From Bugula neritina (taxonomy: Eukaryota; Animalia; Bryozoa), in NCBI GenBank assembly GCA_964035545.1, contig OZ037773.1:9825751-9889750 (forward strand): a DNA stretch of 64,000 nucleotides, in the 5' to 3' direction. Positions 14,396-24,300 of the stretch are shown here, one piece after another. Made by a program: the position numbers and the translations under genes. Position 1 is the first letter of the stretch. Every line of letters starts with the position of its first letter. The notes under the pieces were generated by a model. The model searched no databases. It saw only the letters and a list, made by a program, of their open reading frames with translations, and was not told the origin of the DNA.

Positions 14396-15240
14396 GATTG
14401 TGAAAGATAATTATTATAGGTATATTCTTATATACCTTAAAGCTGTTTGTTATTGTTGGATTATGTTCGAGAAGCTTTAAAGTAATTATATAAAACAACT
14501 ATGGTCACTAAATTACACTAGTTACCTGGCTGTACTATAATGTTTACATAATATGTTGCTAATACACTATACTTACCTGTACTAATACACTATATACTTA
14601 CCTTGTACTAATACACTATATACTTACCTGTACTAATACACTATACTTACCTGTACTAATACACTATACTTACCTGTACTAATACACTATATACTTACCT
14701 GTACTAATACACTATACTTACCTGTACTAATACACTATACTTACCTGTACTAATACACTATACTTGCCTCTTACTATTACACTATACTTATCTCTTACTA
14801 TATAATACACTATGCTTATCTCTTAGACTCTTACTATAACACACTATACTTACCTCTTACTATAATAAACTATACTTACATCTTACTGTCACACTACACT
14901 TACCTTTTACTAATACATATAGCAGATTTCCAATTAAACAGCTGTAGATCAAAAAAAGATTAAAATGCTGCATTGTATAAAGTATTAGATTAATTCTCTC
15001 TTTAAAACAGTGTTCACATATGGTAATTAAATTCACAGTGATTAATTTAAAGCCAGAAATGTATGGGTAGTTGGTTGTGAGAAATTATGCACATGGAATT
15101 TTTATCAGAGATGATAAAAGCATGTGTATATATAACTATTCTATGTCTATTCTTTGAGAGAAGGAAACAACTCCCAATAACATATGAGTCTTCAACTAGA
15201 TTTTCTATACATATCTTCTCGAGATCATATGGCATCCGTA
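14396..15240 (-). repeat. Inverted copy of the 3' flank of DEG/ENaC gene A (homologous to ~26688-27292)
   Basis: The reverse complement matches tgccatatg...gagaagatatgtatag...catacatttctggctttaaattaatcactgt...ttatctttcacaatct. Confidence 0.9.
14558..14912. repeat. Minisatellite, 22-24 bp unit ~ctaatacactatacttacctgta
   Basis: About nine near-perfect tandem units followed by degenerate units. Confidence 0.92.
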
Positions 15241-15383
15241 TAGGTAATGCATGTCATATCTAACCAAAGGAGGGGAGAGAAAATTGTGTATTTTGCTCAA
15301 ATAATTATTATACAAGTTTCAATTGAGTATCGATCGTTAAGCTTGAGCTTTTTGGATATATTACCATTTAATAAAACAACTAC

Positions 15384-15482
15384 ATTATTAAAGCCAAAAA
15401 AAAAATAAGTACATGGGCAGGTGCCAGCTATAGCAGCAAAATCCAGCATATATCTCTATAGTCATTATATAGTTATGTTCAC
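15384..15482 (-). pseudogene. Degenerate relic of DEG/ENaC exon 2 (TM1 exon)
   Basis: Reverse complement gaacataactata...gatatatgctggattttgctgctatagctggcacctg aligns by eye with exon 2 ggacataaatatg...gatatgctgggtgttgctatttataactggtatctg; frameshifted. Confidence 0.55.
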
Positions 15483-15944
15483 CTGTATTAGTACTCAGGT
15501 AAGTAGTGTAGTGAGTAATATCTAAATAGTTTCAACAAACACTTCTGTGCAATAGAAATGCTACTACCGCTACGGGTAGACATGTATTTGCAGGTGTTTG
15601 CAAGTCTCACAGTCTACATCATTTAAATGCGAAAGTTATATAAATATTTAGTTAATTGCTTTTATTTTGGAATGACAACTCTGGCTGTTTTAAAATATGA
15701 TTTTCATACTCTATAATATTTCATTTGATGTTATGTAATGCAAAGTCAAATGCATGATAACTTAGAGAAATTGTCATTATATATCTGTGTGCATGCAGTT
15801 CCTTATTGGTATCTGTAAGAATGCATAATTTAAAGGGCCGCTGTGAGTTTGCTTGCTTTGCATTGCTTATCATCACGTTTAGTGTTTATAGCTTATATGC
15901 TGCTATATACATAATACCTCTATTTTATTGAAGAGTAGTTATAT

Positions 15945-16354
15945 GGCTGAAATACTGCCATGTTCAGGTGGAGATATCTTCACACACTTCACATCAGCAA
16001 AAGAAATGCTTCTTAGAATATTAAGGTAAAGTATTGCACGTGAAAAGTATTTCACTTAATTAGTATCATGGAATTGTAAATGTATGTGAAAATAATATTT
16101 AAGACTACATTATAGTGCATTCGAAGAATAAGTCAAACAATAGCAATTGCATATTGGGAAAAAATTTACTTTACATTGTGTGACTTAAACTTTATTGAAT
16201 TCAATCTACAAATGCTTCAATTTGGAAACAAAATAATATATATTTAAATTTATTATTGTTTTGCTAACTTCAGTTAAAATGACTAGTTTGATAGTTGAAT
16301 CTTTTTGAGAGTATAACCGTGTTATATAATAATAATTACATTGTTTTCCTTTGC
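15945..16354 (+). repeat. Direct repeat unit 2, carrying a truncated paralogous Sushi exon fragment (minus strand FADVKCVKISPPEHGSISA)
   Basis: Colinear with 13952-14393; the exon is cut after HGSISA. Confidence 0.8.
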
Positions 16355-17380
16355 TGCATTAGTTCAAGATTTATATAGTTTTCTAATAATTTGATGTTAT
16401 TTATAGCAAGAGTTGAAGCTACTCTAATTTGCATGTGCAACTTGGTACAGATTTTATGATTTGATATGACTTCTGCACTGTAATGTTGGTGGTTCTGGCA
16501 TTGGGATGGGAGTTGTCAATCACTGTACTGTTGGTGCTGTCAATAGAGTTAGAATTGTGTGCTCCTGCACTTTTTGCATCAAAATAGGAGTTATGTGTTC
16601 CGGTGGTTCATGTGCTGTTATTGGAGATAGAGTTGTCTTTCCCTGAATTGTAAGTGTTTAGTTTAGCTAAAGTTCTTAGCATGAGGTGTGCTGCATCCAC
16701 CAAACAAATCGGTCAGCGTAAATCATGAGCGAGACAATCACGAATTACAATTATCTAGTTTCTATACTAGTCCAGAAAGTGTCTAAACGATGAGCTCCCA
16801 CTACATGTTTATTCAAACATATCTATTTGAAACTTAATTCGTAGTCCTGAGAAGAGCTATTGAGGTTAAAAAATAACTCATAATACGTGATTGGTTAACA
16901 CTTTTTGTCAATCACAGCAATTGACAATATCTCAGTATGCTGAAAACTAGATTGGATACCAATCAAAGTGATACCACGATCAAAACCTGGATTGTGAAAA
17001 ATTCAGCTATGTGCATTAGAGTGTATAATAACGAGCTTGTTCAACCCTGGAGAGGAGACTGCGGAGTGCCACCAGACTGAAACTCTAACCGAGCTGGAGG
17101 AAGCATTACTTCCCTTGCAGATAAAAACTGAGGCTGATAATGCAGCCAAACATCAAATCCTGTAATAGAAGATACAGAAGGGTAAGGGATAAACCTTCAA
17201 AATTATTCTAAATACTAATGTAACTAATTTTAACTTGCTCATGACCACTCCCATCGACTTATCTTGATAAATCTTATATAGTGACATATTTATATATGTA
17301 TGCTGGTACACTTTTCTTGTGACTATATGCCCATATGCGCATATACTAGGAGCGAATATTATTCATCGCGAGTTAGTGAA

Positions 17381-17520
17381 TAGCTAGACAAAAGTATGTG
17401 GCTGGGCAAATATCAGATATGCTGGGTTTTGCTGTTTATAACTGGTATTGGCGTGTTTATATACTTTTGTTGTAAACTGATAATATACAATATCAAAACA
17501 ATATATGAGTCTAAATGTTA
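17381..17520 (+). pseudogene. Degenerate relic of DEG/ENaC exon 2 upstream of gene A
   Basis: gatatgctgggttttgctgtttataactggtattggcgtgtttatatacttttgttgtaaactgataat...gagtcta matches exon 2 with indels. Confidence 0.8.
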
Positions 17521-18366
17521 TATAGGTGCAAATTAAAAGACATGCAACATCAAAATATTGTAATCTAGGTATTTCTTGCTGAACTTTATAACTTAGGTTT
17601 TTTAAGTTAAAAAAGACTATGGTTTTTACTATTGATAGTCCAATTTTGTGATGCTTTAGCATATCTATGTTATTTTCTCTATGACTAGTTAAAATTATCA
17701 AGTCATATGAACTTAATTTTGTTAAAACAGCCATGACATTCTAAATACCTCACATTATAATAGCCAATCATCTTAAAACTAACGAACATGTGAAAACAAT
17801 ATTGCAGACAAATTATGTTTGAATGCCTGCATGTCAGGTTAACTTTTTTGGAATTTTTGACAAAGTTTTTTTTATTTTATTATAGGCTCATTGATTTGAA
17901 TCATTTTTTGTAGTTTAATAATTATAAAATAAGATATTACATTATAATTATAGAGATCGACTGTTAATTAAACAATCTTTATAATTATATATACTTTTCA
18001 ACCAGTAAACATGTATACACTTATGCCTCAGTTTATCTATATTCCTAGTTCTACCAAAGGTGATAATATATTATCACCTTTCACTATAGTGACGAACAAA
18101 ATGAGTCATGCAAACTGAATTCTTTTAATGCCAGCATCATATTCTTAGGACAAGATGAGAGAGTAGAATATAAAACTAGTAGTATACCCACACAGATGTT
18201 ACAGGTAACAGTGACCTTTGAAAAGATGCATGATTCAGTTGCTTCTTTAAAACTTAACTATTCCAAACAGAATAAATCTGTGTAAATAATCCAACAACTC
18301 TACAATTTTAAGTGAAGAAAACTTTGGTATCTTGAGTAAACCTGCTGAATTTTCTTGACTCTTGAT

Positions 18367-21300
18367 ATGACAGACGACCAGCAAAACAGAATAAAGTTAA
18401 CTCCAAGGCTGAAGAAAGTTGTGCAGAATTTCTCAGAATCTACCAGTGCTCATGGACCTCCTAAGGTAACGTTTATTTTTTATGTCTTGCAACTATTTCA
18501 AACTAAAATGTAAAATAAGTTATGTTTGTATTAGTAAGAAACTTCATTCGTTACTGTATAATGTTTTGATTAGAACAAGAAGCTGTTGATATTTAAAAAT
18601 CCATAATAGTTATAAATATAAATTTTTAAGCAAAGAAATTCAAATATGCATACAAAAAATAATATTTTTATATTGTTTTTCAAAGATTATATACTGAGTC
18701 AAAATCTGTAAAACTCACAATGTGCTTTAGGCTTATTTTGATGGCAATTAATCTGCAAACTTTTAAGTTTAGGAAAATATTTTTCAGCCATTTTATTATA
18801 TGTTAAAGAGTAAACAAAGACTAATCTGCAAAGCATTAGACTAATATAATTTACGTTGAAACGTAAGTTTTATATAATTTTGTATTTATGCTGATGTGAT
18901 TTTGCAGAAAGAAGTGTAGAAAGTAGTTAGTAATTTATATTATCTCCTTATAGATAGTTGGACATAAATATGTGATTGGAAAGATATGTTGGGTGTTGCT
19001 ATTTATAACTGGTATCTGTGTGTTTACATACTTCTGTTGTAAACTGATAATACAATACAAACAATATGAGTCTACATTTCAAGTTGAGGTAAGTGCAAAT
19101 TACGAAAATATAGAATTTAGTTACTTTTTTATTCTTTTTTGAAGTTAATTTTTTAAAGTTTGATAATCTGTGCTGTTCAAATAGTATATGTTTTATTTTT
19201 TATGTTGCTGTTTTAATCATTAAACTTCGAACAATATTTTACAAGGTTTGCAATACAAACATAAATATGCCATTGTAAATATTGCAACTCCTATTAAAAT
19301 GTGAGATATAATTTAATGACTTAAAATATATTCTGACTGAGATTGCATAGATAAATGATCACGTTTTGAAGATAAGCACAAGTAAAATGATAATAAAATT
19401 TATAAAATATATCCGTAGTATTAACTAAGAAAAGCTTGTTCAGAACATTAAAGGCAAAATTATTAATTGCTTTTTTTACAAATAGATGAAGTATGGGCAG
19501 ATTCCCTTTCCTGCTGTATCTTTTTGCAATATCAATCCTTTTCGCCTGGATAAACTGCCACCCTCTGAACTACTAGATGTTGGATATATAGAAGGTTTTT
19601 ACGCGTTTGCGCAGAAAGAAGCTGGTAATGTAATTTACTTAGATTCAAGACTCTTAGCTTGCACTGTAGTGCCAGGTGTTAAACATAGATTACTCAGAAA
19701 TTCTAGTACTAGTGCTTTGCTTTTATGAATTAAGTTGCGGCCAACAAAAACTGGTATTATTTTTCTATGCTTGACTATCATATTGTGAGAGAATTTATAG
19801 GATAACCAATCAACACATATTTCATTGGAGTTGTCTTCACTATGTCTTGGAAAATTTTAGTAGCTATATGCTTCGCTAGGATAATTATAGCTAAACTTGG
19901 CATAATTTTCTGAGGCTTAAATCCTGTAAATATTAATAAAGCTTTTAGCGTAGTAAATAATTCCTTTGCGGTAATTGTTTGAATTATGTAAGCCAACCTC
20001 TGCCAAAGATCGGCGGTTCCGAAATTCGGAATTGTCAAAGTGCCAATATTCGGCATTTTTGCGATCCCTACATTTTGTGGGAATGCCCAATTTTCGGCAT
20101 TGTCGGGCCTTTTTTTTGTATATAAGGAGACGAGCTCCCAGAGTAGGGCAGTCTGCTATTGGAGCTCGCCGGATACAGACCTAACTACGCATACCATTTT
20201 GATACAACAATAAAAATTTCTTCTCTCTATACTACAACCTTACCTTGTAATTTCTATATCGGAGTTATGCTTCGAACTTAATTTCATTCTACCCACAAAA
20301 CTACTACAATATCAATCAAAGAGCGGTTTCTAATAAACAATAATTAAGTTGTATTATAAACACACGCACGCACACATATATTCATAGCATTAGTCTGAAC
20401 ATACACATAACATTAAGTAAAATAATTTCAGTTTCTTTCTTTTGTTGTATCTGAGGTCTTCCAGTTCAAAGCGAAGGCATCTAATTACTATCTATTAAAT
20501 TTTTGCTGATTTCTATATATTAATACAAATCAAATTTTCTCTATTTGGTCAAATATATAGTATTAAAAATTGGCGACAATGTGTTTTCTGGGTGACATCT
20601 GGTAAATATTTATCAATAATCAATGATCAATAATTTAATATGTTATAGAAGCTCAGTTCAAGCTCTACGACTATGTAGAAGCATTAAGAAGTCAAAATTC
20701 TGAAATGACTACAGAGTATCAAAGCAGCACAACAGCAAATTCTTCAGCACCTGAAAATCAAGATAACACAACTCTGTCATCTAGGAAGAAGCGTTCTTCA
20801 GGCAGCTTTTCCCACCCATCTTTCTTTTATAAAGACTTGGTAGGTTTCTTTTTGTGGCTATCATAATTACCATTAGCAAGAATATTTCAATATAACATGT
20901 CCCTTTGATGTGCACGCATGTGGAAACATACTTTTTTGTACCAAAACAGCCTAAAATCTTGACATTTCAAATTATCTAATAAATTACTCAGCACTGCTAA
21001 ATAGCTATTAATTCACTTAAAACTGACCTTGTGCAATATGGTCAAGGTCAAGTAATTAAAAGCAAGTTTTGAGTTGCTGCCTTACTTGCCATTCTTTTTT
21101 TCCTTATAGAATATGCTTTTACTCTTTAGCTTTACAATATTATTTTTATAGTTCAACCTTCATATTTTCATTTTGAAATGTCTTCAATCAGCATATCAAC
21201 ATGGTTTTTGATTTTTCATTATATTTAATATTATTTCAAAGTACTATAATATCCTCAGCAGTTTTGACCAAATTGCAATTATATGAAAGAAAAGAAAGAA

Positions 21301-24300
21301 CTACTGCAACTTCAAAATTTGAATGTACGAGTATAAAAAGTATTTCAGACAACACAAGGAAGAAAAAAATGAAGTATTTTTTGTGTTATAGAAACATTCA
21401 AATATTACACCTTAATATGGGGACACTTACTTTATTGAAGTTGCCTATGAATAAGATAAAAGACAAGTATTTACCTTTTTTTTTTATAAAAATTAGTTTA
21501 TCAGGAGAACTATAATAATTGTGAATAATTTTGCTTTTTTTAATTTGCATTTTCGTTATAGACTAGGATACAAAGTAATCATTTATTTGCCGTCAATATT
21601 CTTTTGAAATTTAGCTGTCTCATTTTTATTCTCAACGTTTTAATTTGCCAAAAGTATAATAAAATCCTTGATATTTAAAATAGATGTGTATGAAAATTTA
21701 AAAGGATCACATGCAGCATGTTTATAACTATATAAGATGACATTAATGTACATATATATTCCTTAAAATCTATTGCACAGGAAGAAGTATACTCCTTGCC
21801 TCCTGAATGGCCATTGCCAGTAGATTCTATTTTTTTTGCTATGGGAAGTCCAGATTATACTAGAAGTCTTGCCTTCAATAGGCTTTACTATGGCCAAACA
21901 ATAAAGGATGAGGACATTTTAACAAGTATGTCTAATAATTTAAATTCTTTTAAAGCTGATAAAGTTTACAAAAGCTTAAAGAAACAAGTGCTGTTCAAAG
22001 TATTTATGTTCTCAAGCTGCGGGAATACGAAGCATTACATTTTATTAGGTGCTTATAATGACTCTAAATTTATATATGCAAAGTAAAGAACTCCATCGTC
22101 AAATATTTAGGATTATAGTAATTTGCAATGCTTGCCTTATAGCTGTGGAAATATATTTCTTGATATCCTTAAGTCATAATTATGTTGAAATTGTATATAA
22201 ATTTTGTCTCCAATTTTAAACTAGCACAATAACAATGGTGACAATTTTAATTTAGTTTGGATAATTATACTGTCTACCGCAAGTTACTAAATAACTCATT
22301 GTAAACTAATTTTATTTTTACATGTTATTTTTTTAACAGTTGTTAAGTATATTTAATTTTCTTTCAAAGTAGTTGGGAAACTTTTAGTCACAAAAACAAA
22401 TTACTCAGTGTTGTGTTAGAGAAAACCATTAGGCAGAAGTTGCAGTTTTAATAGGGTGCAATATGGTATAATACTTTTAGCTTATTCACATGAGTTACCA
22501 GAAATGCTGCAGGAGTGTTCCTTTCAAGGAAAACAATGTGACTCAGGGTAAGTTTTTATAGAACAATATTGTAGCTTAACTTAATTATATGAACAATGTA
22601 TCATGTCATATTTTAGTTGATCATTATAAGTACAAGAACCTTTAATCTGTATTTAAGACATGGAAGAAACAGTTTTAAAATTTATATTAATATAAAATAT
22701 GTTATTAAAGGAACAATTTTTGCAACATTTTTGTTTGATGTCCGCATTAAAAAAGTTCCTTAACAAGATGCTTAAACTAAATTCAGCACTGCCAAAAAAT
22801 GCTCATGAAAAAACAAAAAATATTTAATTATTTAATTCTGTTTTTAGAGATTTCTTTAAGTTTTTTGACAGAAGATTTGGAAATTGCTTTACTTTCAACA
22901 GCGGGCTAAATGGTACTATTGCTAAAGCAAATGTTGCAGGTCCTACAAATGGCAAGTTATTTGTTATGTAATATATTTAGTCAATTATATGATTGCGGTG
23001 GTTTTTAGGTTTGTCTTTCCTTACATTATGTAGCGCATTAATATTTCTCATTTAGTTTTATTTGTACTCTTTTTTTCTTTGTGTAAACCGGTCTCCGACC
23101 GAAATCGACATGTGAGGCCCTCCATCAAGTCGGAATATGTCCGATGTTGGTCATATTTAGAAGATATCGGCTCTGACATTCCGAATATCTACGATCTTCG
23201 CCAAAGATCGGTGGAAGATTCTCGAAGAAATGTTTTCCAAACTATATAAAGCAGCGAGCCCGCAGTGTAGAGCCAGTCTACAGCTAGAGCTAAAGACCTT
23301 ACTACTTATTTTACTACACTAAAGCTATTCAAAACACAATTCAAGACCCTCTCCCATCTCTTTAGTTAAACAAGAAGTTATGTTTTCCATTTACAATTTA
23401 GTGGTTCCAAAACCTATCAAATTACTACAATATGTAAGTTAGAACATAAGTACATAGTACCTATAAATGCAACCTGCAGTATATATTACCCTGAAAACAC
23501 GTATAACCAACTTCCCTAATATGCATTGGTAATGAGTTCCAATGAACAGCCATTTAGTGATCTACTTGCCATCGTTGGCCACATGTAATTGTTGATGGTG
23601 TTAGAGAGAGTGAGATACTGTGTGACATGAAAGACACGGGTGTCTTACTATAGATACGAATTGCAGTGTATGTAGCATTTAGCAAGCACGAGAAAGCAAA
23701 GTTGTAGTTTTAATTGAAGATAAAGAAGTAAAATCTTTGTTTTTTTAGTAATAAAGCTGAATCGTGACTATCATCAGCATATTATATATACAATTTGTAT
23801 AATTGTCATTTTTCCATAATTCTTTAAGTACTAAAGCTTTCGTGAAATTTTCTTAAAAGATTTAAGATGTTATGTATATTGATGCAATTGTTTTTTAATT
23901 TCAGGTTTAACATTATCATTCTTTGTAAACCAAGAAAACTACATACCAATGATGGCCCAGGAAGCTGGAATGAGAGTTCTTCTCCACAGACAAAGAGAGA
24001 CTCCACAGATGGAGGATTATGGTTTCAATGCCGCAACCGGTCTCAGAACTTCAGTTGCCATGAGTTATGTATGTTTTGCCCAGTTCTAAAGGATCATAAG
24101 CAATGAGCGGTATTGTTGGTTTCAATTACTAACATACCTATAATAGAGCCCAACTAGGCAACTTTCTGAATAGTTTTCTTATGTTTGATTAAAAATCTTA
24201 GTAGAAAACAGAACTATTTAGTGCAAGTTATTGCAGAACGCATTTATTTTTTATCAGAATGATCTGCTCTTGTTATAAAGCGCAAGCTTTGTGGCTGTTA

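Noticed and set aside
14558-14912. CRISPR-like array
   Set aside because: Head-to-tail units without unique spacers, eukaryotic context and no cas genes; the same applies to 56735-57160.
17384-17734. 116-aa minus-strand ORF
   Set aside because: AT-rich, partly antisense to the exon-2 relic, and not preserved in the right arm.
22049-22082. Extra channel exon (AG...GT bounded)
   Set aside because: 34 nt would break the frame and the acceptor region is missing in copy B; exon 5 joins exon 6 in phase without it.
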